Assembly (NCBI GenBank): GCA_963815215.1
Contig: CAWFFU010000003.1
Coordinates: 832,001-896,000, forward strand
DNA length: 64,000 nt
Source of the DNA: an uncultured Trueperaceae bacterium
GTDB lineage: Bacteria; Deinococcota; Deinococci; Deinococcales; Trueperaceae
Direction: 5' to 3'
This document shows, piece after piece, positions 51,493 to 61,549 of this stretch (its first letter is position 1; every line of letters begins with the position of its first letter). The notes beneath the pieces were generated by a model. The model was not told the origin of the DNA. It was given only the letters and a program-made list of their open reading frames with translations, and ran no database searches. Both the position numbers and the translations under genes were made by a program.

Positions 51493-52352
51493 CGTGCCCT
51501 CCTAGCGAACACGAACCTCGTCAGCGCCGTGGTGACCAGCACGAAGACCACCAGCACCAGCGACGAGGCCGAGGCGATCCGGTGCCACGAATCGTAGGGG
51601 CTGATCGAGTAGGTGTAGATCACCAGCGGCAGCGCCGCCATCGGCTTGAGCGGATCGAAGTTCCAGTACTGGTTGCCGAAGGCCGTGAAGAGCAGCGGCG
51701 CGGCCTCGCCCGCGACCCGGGCCATGGCCAGCATCGCGCCGGTGACGATCCCGGATGCGGCGCTGGGGATCACCACCGAGACGATCACACGCCAGCGCGG
51801 CAACCCGAGCGCGAAGCCCGCCTCACGCACCGTGCGGGGCACGAGCCGCATCACCTCGTCGGTGGCGCGTACCACGTAGGGGATCATGATCAATCCCAGC
51901 GAGACGCCGCCCGACAGCCCGTTGAAGTGGTGCAACGGCACCACGATCAGGGCGTAGGCCACCAGCCCCATGACGATGGCCGGGATGCCGATGAGCGCGT
52001 CGGACAGCAGCCGCACGGTGGGAACCAGCGGGTGCCCGGGATACTCGGCGACGAACACGCCCGTGCCGATGCCGATGACCAGGCCGATGGCGCTGGCGAT
52101 CAGCAGGAGCTCGAGCGTGCCTGCGATGGCGTGCGCCACGCCGCCACCGGGCTCGCCGGCCGGGGCGGGGAGCTGCGTGAAGAACGCGAGGTCGAGCGAG
52201 CCGATGCCCCGGCCCACGAGATAGATCAGGACCAGGACCAGCGGCGTCAGCACGATGACGGCAGAGAGCGCAACCAGCCCAGTCGCGACACCATTGACGA
52301 GCCGGCGCCGGCCGCGGCCCCGGCCGCCCTGTCGCAGGCGTTCGGCGACCAT
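51489..52352 (-). CDS. pstA: Phosphate ABC transporter permease
   Basis: [48 protein letters not shown]. Confidence 0.93.
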   Translation of the reverse strand: MVAERLRQGGRGRGRRRLVNGVATGLVALSAVIVLTPLVLVLIYLVGRGIGSLDLAFFTQLPAPAGEPGGGVAHAIAGTLELLLIASAIGLVIGIGTGVFVAEYPGHPLVPTVRLLSDALIGIPAIVMGLVAYALIVVPLHHFNGLSGGVSLGLIMIPYVVRATDEVMRLVPRTVREAGFALGLPRWRVIVSVVIPSAASGIVTGAMLAMARVAGEAAPLLFTAFGNQYWNFDPLKPMAALPLVIYTYSISPYDSWHRIASASSLVLVVFVLVTTALTRFVFARRAR

Positions 52353-53335
52353 CAGCCGATCCCCCTGGGCGTGAGACGATGGATGAGCACCCGGGCCACG
52401 ATGTTGACCACGATCGTCAGCAAGAACAGCAGCAGGCCCACCAGGATCAGGCTGGAGAGGTGGGGACCGGCGGCGGCCTCCGTGAACTCGTTGGCGATCA
52501 CGCTCGCCATCGTGGCTGTCTGACCGAACAGGCCGTCTACCACGGCGGTCCGGTTGCCGATGACCATGGTGACCGCCATCGTCTCCCCGAGCGCGCGCCC
52601 GAGGCTCAGCAGCACCCCGCCGAGGATGCCGGCGCGGGCGTAGGGCAGCACCGCGTGACGCATCACCTCCCAGCGGGTCGCGCCGAGGGCGTACGCGGCC
52701 TCGCGCTGGTCCTGCGGCACCAGACGCAGCACGTCCCGCGACACGGACGCCGTGAACGGGATGATCATGACGGTGAGGATGAGGATGGCCGTGAACAGGC
52801 CGAGGCCCGTCGGGGTGCTCCGCAGGAAGCCGATCGACCGCAGGGCCGGGTTCATGAAGATGGCGATCTGGATGGAGCGCACCACGGGCGCCAGCACGAA
52901 GATGCCCCAGAAGCCGTAGACCACGCTGGGGATGGCGGCGAGGAGCTCGACCAGGTAGCTCACGGGCTCCGCCAGCCAGGTGGGCGCGTACTCGCTGACG
53001 AACAGGGCCGAGCCGACCGCCAGAGGCACCGCCAGCAGCAGTGCTCCGAAGCTCGTCACCAGCGTCCCGACGATGAACGGCAACGCCCCGAACTGCTGAT
53101 GGACCGGATCCCACGTCGTTCCCACCAGGAACCCCAGACCGTACCGCCTCAGCGCCGGCTCGCCCCCGAGGAACAGCTCCAGCGCCGCCAGCCCCGTGAT
53201 GACGAGGATGCTGCCGCCCAGCAGCAGCACGATGGCGTCGAACAGACGGTCGCCCGCCGGCAACGCGCGCGTGCGGCGCTGCAGCGAACGTCGAGCGCTC
53301 GCCGGAGGTGGGGGGGTGAGACGGGGACGGTCCAT
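52352..53335 (-). CDS. pstC: Phosphate ABC transporter permease
   Basis: WDP...FGALPFIVGTL.TS, VELLAAIPSVVYGFWG, EAAYALGATRWE, LGRALGETMAVTMVIGN, IANEF. Confidence 0.94.
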   Translation of the reverse strand: MDRPRLTPPPPASARRSLQRRTRALPAGDRLFDAIVLLLGGSILVITGLAALELFLGGEPALRRYGLGFLVGTTWDPVHQQFGALPFIVGTLVTSFGALLLAVPLAVGSALFVSEYAPTWLAEPVSYLVELLAAIPSVVYGFWGIFVLAPVVRSIQIAIFMNPALRSIGFLRSTPTGLGLFTAILILTVMIIPFTASVSRDVLRLVPQDQREAAYALGATRWEVMRHAVLPYARAGILGGVLLSLGRALGETMAVTMVIGNRTAVVDGLFGQTATMASVIANEFTEAAAGPHLSSLILVGLLLFLLTIVVNIVARVLIHRLTPRGIG

Positions 53336-53471
53336 GGCGGTGGCGGGGCGGGGGCTCGCGGACCCGCGCTCCCCTAAGGCTACCCCGAGTCCCGGTCTCT
53401 CGCGACGCCCCCTCCGGGCGGACGGTCGCATGAGGCCCGGGATGCGCTCGGGACGGCTGCCGGCACGGAGC

Positions 53472-53511
53472 GGGGCGGAGGTCGCGCCGAGTCCGGTGCG
53501 ACCTCCGCCCC
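53472..53511. other. Stable stem-loop between pstS and pstC (partial terminator or pstS mRNA stabiliser)
   Basis: GGGGCGGAGGTCGC ... GCGACCTCCGCCCC, 14-bp perfect stem. Confidence 0.6.
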
Positions 53512-53536
53512 TGCCGACCGGCGGCCGGGGAGGGCC

Positions 53537-54598
53537 TCAGTTCAGAGGCTGGCCCTTGTAGGTCAGCTTCGCGAGCTGCTGGGCGTCGAAGTCCTGGACG
53601 CGCTTGGGCAGCGCCCCGTACTCCAGGGCGGCGCTGTACTGCTGTCCCTTGGTGCTCATCCAGGACACCAGGGTCACGACCTGCTTGGCCTGCGCCTGCG
53701 AGTCGGTGGTGAGGCTCATGTCCTGGTACAGCAGGACGTACGTGTAGGTGGCGATCGGGTAGCCCTGCGCCGCGGAGGTGTTGGTGATGTCGAAGCGACC
53801 GTCGGAAGGCACGGGCACGTCACCGGCGACCGAGGTGCTGTCCAGGCTCGGCACCACGAAATTACCGCTGGCGTTCTTCAGCGTGGCGAAGGGCATGTCG
53901 TTCTGCAGGGCGTAGATCAGCTCGACGTAGCCGATGGAGCCGGGGATCTGCTTCACCAGGCCGGCGACGCCCTGGTTACCCTTGCCGCCGGATCCGACCG
54001 GCCAGTTCACGGCCTTGTCGGTACCGACCTGCTGCTTCCAGGTGGCCGAGACCTTGGAGAGATAGTCGGTGAAGGTGTAGGTGGTGCCGGAGCCGTCGGA
54101 ACGGTGGGCGACCGAGATCGGGAGGTTGGGCAGGCTCACGCCGGGGTTGAGCGCCGCGATGGCCGGGTCGTTCCAGTTGGTGATCTTGCCCAGATAGATG
54201 TCGGCGATGACCTGACCATCGAACCTGAGGGGCTTCGAGGGAGCCTTCGCGATGGGCGCCCAGTTGTAGGTCATCACGACCGCTCCCAGCGCCATGGGAA
54301 GGTGCAACACGGGCGCACCGGCCTTGGCCTGGAACTCGGAGAGTTGCTGGTCGCTGAGGGGCGCGTCGGACGCAGCGAAGTTCACGGTACGGGCGAGAAG
54401 CTGCTGCTGGCCGCCACCGGATCCGATCGCCTGGTAGTTCACCTTGACTCCGGTCTGCTGAGCGTAGACGCTGAACATCTTCGAGTACAGGGGGAACGGG
54501 AACGTGGCGCCGGCGCCCGTGAGGGATTGGGCGGCCGCCATCGAGAAGACCGACAGGATCATCGCTGAGAACAGCCAAAGGGTGCGTCGCTTGGACAT
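53537..54598 (-). CDS. pstS: Phosphate ABC transporter substrate-binding protein
   Basis: Signal peptide, GAGATFP.PLY, NYQAIGSGGG, FAASDAPL, HRSDGSGTT..FT.YL, GKGNQGVA, IGYVEL, YPI. Confidence 0.95.
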   Translation of the reverse strand: MSKRRTLWLFSAMILSVFSMAAAQSLTGAGATFPFPLYSKMFSVYAQQTGVKVNYQAIGSGGGQQQLLARTVNFAASDAPLSDQQLSEFQAKAGAPVLHLPMALGAVVMTYNWAPIAKAPSKPLRFDGQVIADIYLGKITNWNDPAIAALNPGVSLPNLPISVAHRSDGSGTTYTFTDYLSKVSATWKQQVGTDKAVNWPVGSGGKGNQGVAGLVKQIPGSIGYVELIYALQNDMPFATLKNASGNFVVPSLDSTSVAGDVPVPSDGRFDITNTSAAQGYPIATYTYVLLYQDMSLTTDSQAQAKQVVTLVSWMSTKGQQYSAALEYGALPKRVQDFDAQQLAKLTYKGQPLN

Positions 54599-54616
54599 AG
54601 ATCAACCTCCGCGATG

Positions 54617-54648
54617 AGCCTACGGTCGGCGTGTCAGCACCGTGTCAG
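54617..54648 (-). promoter_or_regulatory. pstS promoter with Pho-box-like 11-bp-period direct repeat
   Basis: CGTGTCAG at 54630 and 54641 (CTGACACG x2 on the sense strand), just upstream of TAGGCT (54622-54617). Confidence 0.6.
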
Positions 54649-54685
54649 GTCGGCCAGGCTCACGAACGCCCGTACCCAGGAACGC

Positions 54686-55618
54686 TCAGACCATCCTGGC
54701 GGGATCCCACCAGAGCGCCAGGACATCGAGCAGCAGCCGGGCGACGGCCAGCGAACTGCGGCCGCTGGGATCGAGTGTAGGCGCCAGCTCGGTCAGATCC
54801 ATGCCGACCAGCCGGTTGCGCCCGATGACGGCGTCCACGACCCGGCGGACGTCGCCGTAAACGAGGCCGTCGATCTCGGGGTCGCCCGTCCCAGGAACGA
54901 TCGACGGGTCCAGCACGTCCACGTCGACGCTCAGATAGACGGCCGCCCGCTCGGGCAGCCCGGCCAGGACCCCATCCGGATCCTCGCGCAGCCCGGCCGC
55001 GGTGACCACCCGGTGTCCGCGCGCCCGCGCGGCCTCGACGGCCTCGCGCCCCAACGAGGCGCCGCGCACGCCGACGGTCGTGATCCGCTCGAGTCCGGGC
55101 AGGTCCTCCGCCGCGCGCCGGAACGCGCTGGCGCTGGAGACCCGGCTACCACGCCGCGAAGCGCTGTAGCCCAGATGAGCGTCGAGTTGCACCACGTGCA
55201 ACTCCGGCACATCGTCGAACGCCCGAAGCAGCGGATAGCTCAGCGAGTGGTCGCCGCCTACGAAGACCGGCAACCGCGCCACCGTGCGCAGCCGCCGAGC
55301 GACCGAGGTCACCCGCTCGAAGGTCTCGGCGACATCGTTCTGCACCGGGTCGACATCGCCGACGTCGATCAACCGCGCCCCTACCAGGCGCACGCTGGCC
55401 GTGTCGGGGTCGTAGAAACCTTCCGACCCGAAGGCGTAGCGACCGGAGGCCTCCCGCAACGCTGAGGGACCGAAGCGCGCTCCCGGCCGGAAGGTCGCGC
55501 CGTCATCGTAGGGAACGCCCAGGATGCCGACGTGAGCCTCGCCCCGATCGGCGTCGGGGCGGTGCGGCGCTCTGAAGAACGTAGCCGGTCCGGTGAACGG
55601 CGACTCGTGATGGCGCAT
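54686..55618 (-). CDS. Arginase/agmatinase-family ureohydrolase (possible formimidoylglutamase; metal site altered)
   Basis: GVPYD....RPGARFGP.ALREAS, GGDHSLS, DAHLG, SVDVDVLDP...PGTG.P, ELAP. Downstream of hutH. Confidence 0.85.
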   Translation of the reverse strand: MRHHESPFTGPATFFRAPHRPDADRGEAHVGILGVPYDDGATFRPGARFGPSALREASGRYAFGSEGFYDPDTASVRLVGARLIDVGDVDPVQNDVAETFERVTSVARRLRTVARLPVFVGGDHSLSYPLLRAFDDVPELHVVQLDAHLGYSASRRGSRVSSASAFRRAAEDLPGLERITTVGVRGASLGREAVEAARARGHRVVTAAGLREDPDGVLAGLPERAAVYLSVDVDVLDPSIVPGTGDPEIDGLVYGDVRRVVDAVIGRNRLVGMDLTELAPTLDPSGRSSLAVARLLLDVLALWWDPARMV

Positions 55619-55673
55619 ACCGAGATCCCTTCGCGCCCACGCTAGCACGCGGCCTTCGCGACGGCCCGGAGCC

Positions 55674-57194
55674 TCAGGCCAGCGTGCCTGCCTCGGCTTC
55701 GACCGCCGCCACCAGGCTACCGTCGACCACCGCGCTCCGCACGCGCTCGAGGTCGGGCAGCAGCAAGCGATCGCGGTCCAGATGAGGCGCCAGCTCGCGG
55801 ACCCGGCGGTAGGCCGCCTGGACGCCCCGACCGGGCCTCAGCGGGAGGTGGAAATCGAGCGCCTGAGCCGCGGAGAGGACCTCGATCGACACCACCCACA
55901 GCACGTTCTCGAGCACCTGCCGTGCCTTGCGGCAGGCATGCGTGCCCATCGACACGTGGTCCTCCTGATTCGCGCTGGTGGGGATGGAGTCGACCGAGGC
56001 CGGGTGCGCCAGCACCTTGTTCTCGCTGACCAGCGAGGCGGCAGTGTACTGGCTGACCATCAGGCCCGAGTGCAGACCGCCCTGCTCCGCCAGGAAGGCG
56101 GGGAGTCCCGACAGCGCCGGATTGAGCATCTGTTCGATACGGCGCTCGCTGATGCTGGCCATCTCCGCCAGCGCGATGGCGGCGTAGTCGGCGGCCAACG
56201 CCAGCGGCTGGCCGTGGAAGTTGCCCGCGCTCACCACCATGTCCTCCTGGTCGAACACCAGTGGGTTGTCGGTGACGCTCTGGAGCTCGGTCTCGAGCGT
56301 GGAACGGACGTGGGTGAGCGCGTCGCGCGAGGCACCGTGAACCTGGGGCACGGCCCTGAGGCTGTAGGCGTCCTGCACCTTGTCGCAATCGACGTGCGAG
56401 CGCTGGATGGCGGAGTCCTCCAGGAGCGCGCGCAGGTTGCCGGCCACGGTGACGGCACCCGGGTGGGGGCGGACGCGCGTGACGGCCGCCAGGAAGGGGC
56501 GGTGGCTCCCCTTGAGCGCTTCCACGCTCATGGCGGCGGCGATGTCGGCCGCCCTCAGCAGCCGCTCGGCGTCGATCAGTAGCAGGGCGAGCTGCGCGCT
56601 CATCGCCTGGGTGCCGTTGATGAGCGCCAGGCCCTCCTTCGCCTCGAGCACCAGCGGTTCGATGCCGAGCTCGTCCAGCACCTCGCGCGCGGGACGGCGT
56701 CCACCCCGCCAGCGCAGCTCGCCCTCGCCGATGAGGGGCAGGCTCATGTGCGCCAGCGGGGCCAGGTCGCCCGATGCCCCGACCGACCCCTGCGACGGCA
56801 CTCGCGGAAGGGCGCCGGCGTTGAGTAGCTCCAGCAGGGTGTCGACCACCCGCGGGCGGATGCCCGAGACGCCGTGAGCCAGGGATTGGGCGCGAAGCAC
56901 CATCATGGCCCGCACGACATCATCGTCGAAGGCCTCGCCCACGCCGATGGCGTGCGACAGCAACAGGTTCCGCTGCAGCGCCCGCACCGAGTCGCGTTCG
57001 ATGCGCGTGGTGGCGAAGCGGCCGAACCCGGTGGTGACGCCGTAGACGGTGCGCCCCTCGGCGACCAGCCGGTCGATGTAGGCACGGTTGCGTTCCATGC
57101 GCGCCCGCGCCGCGTCGCCGAGCCGCACCCCCTCGCGTCCGCGCGCCACACGGCCGACCTGAGCGAGCTCGAGTTGACGGTCGAGCACCACCAT
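55674..57194 (-). CDS. hutH: Histidine ammonia-lyase
   Basis: [32 protein letters not shown] (MIO), [36 protein letters not shown]. Confidence 0.95.
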   Translation of the reverse strand: MVVLDRQLELAQVGRVARGREGVRLGDAARARMERNRAYIDRLVAEGRTVYGVTTGFGRFATTRIERDSVRALQRNLLLSHAIGVGEAFDDDVVRAMMVLRAQSLAHGVSGIRPRVVDTLLELLNAGALPRVPSQGSVGASGDLAPLAHMSLPLIGEGELRWRGGRRPAREVLDELGIEPLVLEAKEGLALINGTQAMSAQLALLLIDAERLLRAADIAAAMSVEALKGSHRPFLAAVTRVRPHPGAVTVAGNLRALLEDSAIQRSHVDCDKVQDAYSLRAVPQVHGASRDALTHVRSTLETELQSVTDNPLVFDQEDMVVSAGNFHGQPLALAADYAAIALAEMASISERRIEQMLNPALSGLPAFLAEQGGLHSGLMVSQYTAASLVSENKVLAHPASVDSIPTSANQEDHVSMGTHACRKARQVLENVLWVVSIEVLSAAQALDFHLPLRPGRGVQAAYRRVRELAPHLDRDRLLLPDLERVRSAVVDGSLVAAVEAEAGTLA

Positions 57195-57202
57195 GGCGCG
57201 GC

Positions 57203-59854
57203 TCAGCCCCTTTCACCCAGGCGGCTCAGCACGGCCTCGACGCGGGCAACGAGGTCTTCGGCCTCCGCGAGGCGGCGGCGCTCTTCGGCGACCACCGCCT
57301 CCGGCGCGTTGGCGGTGAACTTGGCGTTGGCGAGCTTGCGTTCGGAGCGCTCGGAGTCGGCGCGCAGCTTCTCCAGGCGGCGGCGCTGCTTGTCGCGCCA
57401 TTCGGCCTCGTCGACCAGGCCTTCGAAGGGGAGCTTCAGCTCCAGACCGGGCACCACCTGGGTGAGCGCGGTACCTTGCGGCGCAGCGGCCTCGAGCTCG
57501 ACCCGCGCCAGCGCCTGAACCACCTCGCGCTCGGCCAGCAACGCTGCGCTCCCCTCCCCCGCCACGTGTATCGGGATCGTCCGGGCCGGCGCCAGGTCGG
57601 CGTCGGCGCGCAACGCGCGTACGGCGCCCACGGCCTGCCGCACGACGTCGAAGGCGCGCTCGGCGCGATCGTCGAGCAAGGCAGCGTCCACCTCCGGCCA
57701 GCTCGCCACGGCGATCTGGTGCTCGTGCCCGAGAGCCTGGAACAGCTCGGAGGTGATGAACGGCACGATCGGGTGCAGCAGCTTCAGCAGCGCCTCGAAG
57801 GTGGTTCGCAGCACGTAGCGGGTGCGACCGTCGCCTGCCCGCAGGGCGGGCTTCGCCGCCTCCAGGTACCAGTCACAGAACTCCGACCAGACCACCTCGT
57901 AGAGCAGGCGATTGGCCGCCCCCAGGTCGTACCCCTCCAGCGCCTCGGTGACCCCGGCGATGGCGCGCTGCAGGCGGCTGGCCATCCAACGATCTGCCAG
58001 CCGCTCGGGCTCGCCGACGTCCTCGGGGCCCTCGCCGAGCTGCATCAGGACGAAGCGCGCGGCGTTGAACAGCTTGTTGTTGAAGTTGCGCCCCATCTCG
58101 ACACGGCGCTCGTCCCAGCGGATGTCCTGTCCGCCGGTCGAGGTGTAGGTCATGGCGAACCGCAACGCGTCGGCTCCGTAGGTGTCGATGACAGTCAGCG
58201 GATCGATGCCGTTCCCCTTCGACTTCGACATCTTCTGTCCCTCGGCGTCGAGCACCAGGCCGTGCAGGAGCACGTCGCGGAAGGGGGCTCGGTCGGTGAG
58301 CTCGAAGCCCGCCATCTCCATGCGCGCGACCCAGAAGAACAGGATGTCGTAGCCGGTCACCAGCACCGAGGTCGGGTAGAAGGTCTGGAAGTACGGATCG
58401 TCCACGTCGGGCCAGCCCAGGGTGCTGAACGGCCACAGGTTGGACGAGAACCAGGTGTCGAACACGTCTGGGTCCTGCACCAGCCGCACACCGGCATTCT
58501 CGGGCTTCTCCGGGGGATCCGTGAACGGATCGTCGACGTCGGGAACGTGAACGTTGCCATCCTCGTCGTACCAGGCCGGGATCTGGTGCCCCCACCAGAG
58601 CTGGCGCGAGATGTTCCAGGGACGGATGGCCGCCAGCCAATCGCGGTTGACCTTGGCGTAGCGCTCCGGCACGATGCGCACTTCGCCGTCGTCGAGCGCC
58701 TTCAACACTCGCTTCGCCACCGGCTCCACGTCGTAGAACCACTGCAACGACAAGATCGGCTCGACCGGGACCTTGGTACGCTGCGACAGCCCCATGGGGA
58801 TGGTGTAGGCCTCTTCCGAGACCAGTGCGGCCTCGCGGCGCAGGGCGTCCACCACCCGCTCGCGCGCCTCGAAGCGCTCCAACCCCCGGAACCGCTCGGG
58901 CACCAGCTCGCCCGCGAGACGGGCGTGCAGATCGATGACGCTGGGGTGGGCGAGGCCGTGGCGCTCGCCGATCTCGAAGTCGGTCGGGTCGTGGGCGGGC
59001 GTGATCTTCAGGGCGCCGGTGCCGAAGTCCCGCTCGACGGCCTCGTCGGCGATCACCGGGATCCAACGGTCGGTGAGCGGGATTCGCACGTTGCGGCCGA
59101 GCAGCGAGCGGTAGCGGTCGTCATCAGGATGGACGGCCACCGCCTGGTCGGCGAAGATCGTCTCCGGCCGCACCGTGGCGATGCGGACGGAGCCGCCGCC
59201 CTCGAGGGTGTATGCCAGCGTGTAGAGCGTCCCGGCGCGCTCCTCGCGCTCGACCTCGAGATCCGAAAGCGTCGTCTGGCTCTCCGGGTCCCAGTTGACG
59301 ATGCGTTCGCCCCGGTAGATCCGCCCCTGGTGGTAGAGCTGAACGAACTGCCGCCGTACCGCGCGCGACAGGCCCTCGTCCATCGTGAAGCGGATGCGCG
59401 ACCAGTCGGCGGAGATGCCCAGACGCTGCAGCTGCTGCAGGATGATGCCGCCGTACCGCTCCTTCCACGCCCACATGCGCTCGAGGAAGGCCTCCCGACC
59501 GAGCTCGTGCCGGTCGGTCCCCTCAGCGCGAAGCGCCCGCTCCACCTGAACCTGGGTGGAGATGCCGGCGTGGTCGGTGCCCGCCTGGAACAGCGCCTCG
59601 TAGCCCTGCATGCGCTTGAAGCGGATCAGCGTGTCGATCACGGCGTTGTCGAAGGCGTGCCCCAGGTGGAGGTTGCCGGTCACGTTGGGCGGCGGGATGA
59701 CGATGCAGAAAGGCTCGCGCCCCGAAGCAGGGTCGACGGTGAAGGGCTCGGCCGCCCAGCGCTCGGCCCAACGGCCTTCCACCGCCAGCGGCTCGTAGCG
59801 GCTCGGGAGCGAAGCGGCTCCCGTCGAGGTCATGTCCGTCGTCGTGTCGCTCAT
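57203..59854 (-). CDS. valS: Valine--tRNA ligase
   Basis: [73 protein letters not shown]-terminal coiled coil. Confidence 0.97.
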   Translation of the reverse strand: MSDTTTDMTSTGAASLPSRYEPLAVEGRWAERWAAEPFTVDPASGREPFCIVIPPPNVTGNLHLGHAFDNAVIDTLIRFKRMQGYEALFQAGTDHAGISTQVQVERALRAEGTDRHELGREAFLERMWAWKERYGGIILQQLQRLGISADWSRIRFTMDEGLSRAVRRQFVQLYHQGRIYRGERIVNWDPESQTTLSDLEVEREERAGTLYTLAYTLEGGGSVRIATVRPETIFADQAVAVHPDDDRYRSLLGRNVRIPLTDRWIPVIADEAVERDFGTGALKITPAHDPTDFEIGERHGLAHPSVIDLHARLAGELVPERFRGLERFEARERVVDALRREAALVSEEAYTIPMGLSQRTKVPVEPILSLQWFYDVEPVAKRVLKALDDGEVRIVPERYAKVNRDWLAAIRPWNISRQLWWGHQIPAWYDEDGNVHVPDVDDPFTDPPEKPENAGVRLVQDPDVFDTWFSSNLWPFSTLGWPDVDDPYFQTFYPTSVLVTGYDILFFWVARMEMAGFELTDRAPFRDVLLHGLVLDAEGQKMSKSKGNGIDPLTVIDTYGADALRFAMTYTSTGGQDIRWDERRVEMGRNFNNKLFNAARFVLMQLGEGPEDVGEPERLADRWMASRLQRAIAGVTEALEGYDLGAANRLLYEVVWSEFCDWYLEAAKPALRAGDGRTRYVLRTTFEALLKLLHPIVPFITSELFQALGHEHQIAVASWPEVDAALLDDRAERAFDVVRQAVGAVRALRADADLAPARTIPIHVAGEGSAALLAEREVVQALARVELEAAAPQGTALTQVVPGLELKLPFEGLVDEAEWRDKQRRRLEKLRADSERSERKLANAKFTANAPEAVVAEERRRLAEAEDLVARVEAVLSRLGERG

Positions 59855-59874
59855 GCCAACCTCCGCCGGCTCGG

Positions 59875-60165
59875 CCCAACAAAGAACGGGCCCCGCCCGA
59901 CCGTTGCGGACGAGGTCTCCCCCGCGGTACCACCGCACTTCCCCGGACCCTGTGGGGTCGGAGCGCTCGCTTGCGCCGCACTGACGGGGCGGCGTCCGGA
60001 GGGTCTACCGACCGACCTAGGGTCGGTCCTCTTCCTCGCACCGATGCCGCGGCTCAGGGCCGGGGCAGCGATCCGTGGGCGACGTTCACCGGCGCGTCCG
60101 GCCCGGCTTCACAGCACCTGCAGCGGGCTCTCTGGCGGACGACGGGGCGGCTACTCCTCCCACGT
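59875..60165 (-). ncRNA. T-box riboswitch leader of valS
   Basis: Minus strand has AGUA near the 5' end, CAGAGAG, GGUGCUGUGAA, a candidate specifier GAAC-GUC (Val) and the T-box AAGTGCGGTGGTACCGCG. TGCTAGAAT extended -10 at 60181-60173. Confidence 0.88.
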
Positions 60166-60224
60166 ACACGGGATTCTAGCAGGTCACCTGCGCCCTCACA
60201 AGCGCCCGGCGCAACGCTGCCACC

Positions 60225-61277
60225 TCACAGCACGGGCAGGCTGGCCATCGCCTGGATGCTGATCTGTCCGGCCAGCATCCGCGCCGCGCGTCGCAACTCG
60301 AGCGCGCTGGCGTTGTCCGGATCGGCGACCACCAGAGGAACGCCGTGATCGCCGCTCTCGCGCAGCGCCCGTGTGATGGGGATGTGCCCGAGCACCGGCA
60401 GGTGCTCGTCCGCAGCCCAGCGGTCGGCTCCGCCCTCCCCGAAGATGTAGTCGCGCTCACCGTTCGGCAACTGGTAGTAGCTCATGTTCTCGATGACGCC
60501 CAGCACCGGGACGTGCGTCTTGCGCGCCATGGTGTGGGCGCGCCGCACGTCCGCCAGCGCCACGTCCTGGGGCGTGGTCACCAACACCATGCCGGTGAGT
60601 GGCACGAGCTGCGCCAACGACAGCTGCACGTCGCCGGTACCGGGCGGCAGGTCCACTACCAGGTAATCCAGCTCGCCCCACACGGTCTGCTGCAGGAGCT
60701 GCGTGAGGGTGCCGTGCAGGATCGGCCCGCGCCAGGTCAGGGCCTGGCCGTCCTCCACCAGGTTGCCGATGGAGACGAGCCTCACGCCGAATCCCTCGAG
60801 GGGAATGATGTTCTTGTCGGCGTCTGCGGCCAGGCGCTGGCCCGAGACGCCGAACATGGTGGTCTGGCTGGGGCCGTAGATGTCGGCGTCGAGGAGGCCC
60901 ACGCTGGCGCCTTCCAGCGCCAGCGAGGCCGCCAGGTTGGCGGCCACCGTGGACTTCCCGACGCCCCCCTTGCCGGACCCCACGGCCAGGATCGTCTTGA
61001 CACCGGGCAACGGCTCCTGCTGCGGGCCGCGCACCTGAGACCCGAAGGTGATCGCCACCTCGCGGACGCCGACGGCCGAGGCAAGGGCAGCGCGCACGTC
61101 GTTCTCGATGGTGTTCTTCAGGGGGCAGGCGGGGGTCGTCAGGTTGACCGTCAAGCGCACGGCCTCGCCTTCGATGGCGACCTCTCCGATCATGCCCAGG
61201 CTCACGAGATCCTGGTGGAGTTCCGGGTCCTGTACGGTCTTCAGCGCCTCGAGGACGCGTTCTTCGGTGATGGCCAT
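60225..61277 (-). CDS. mrp: Mrp/NBP35 (ApbC) Fe-S cluster carrier ATPase
   Basis: V.DPEL..DLVSLG, LTTPACPL, SGKGGVGKST, DADIYGPS, WRGP, DLPPGTGD, VTTPQ, ENMSY. Confidence 0.93.
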   Translation of the reverse strand: MAITEERVLEALKTVQDPELHQDLVSLGMIGEVAIEGEAVRLTVNLTTPACPLKNTIENDVRAALASAVGVREVAITFGSQVRGPQQEPLPGVKTILAVGSGKGGVGKSTVAANLAASLALEGASVGLLDADIYGPSQTTMFGVSGQRLAADADKNIIPLEGFGVRLVSIGNLVEDGQALTWRGPILHGTLTQLLQQTVWGELDYLVVDLPPGTGDVQLSLAQLVPLTGMVLVTTPQDVALADVRRAHTMARKTHVPVLGVIENMSYYQLPNGERDYIFGEGGADRWAADEHLPVLGHIPITRALRESGDHGVPLVVADPDNASALELRRAARMLAGQISIQAMASLPVL

Positions 61278-61549
61278 GATTGAGGCCAGCGTATCAGCAA
61301 GCCCCGCGCCTCACAAGCTCCGGCCCTACAGCGAGGGCCGCCGGGGCGGCCGCCGGCTCTTGCGAGCACTTTCACCTTGTGACCCCCACGCCCCCTGGCT
61401 ATACTCGGCACTGTGACAGCCGTCCGGCGAATCGGCCCCGCTCCCTCCTGCGCCGCTCCGACGCATCGAGCCGGCCGCGGGCGCGTCGGTAGAAGGCTCG
61501 ATCTCGGCGTGCTCCGGGGATCTGCGCCGACCGGCCCGAGTCGGGCCCC

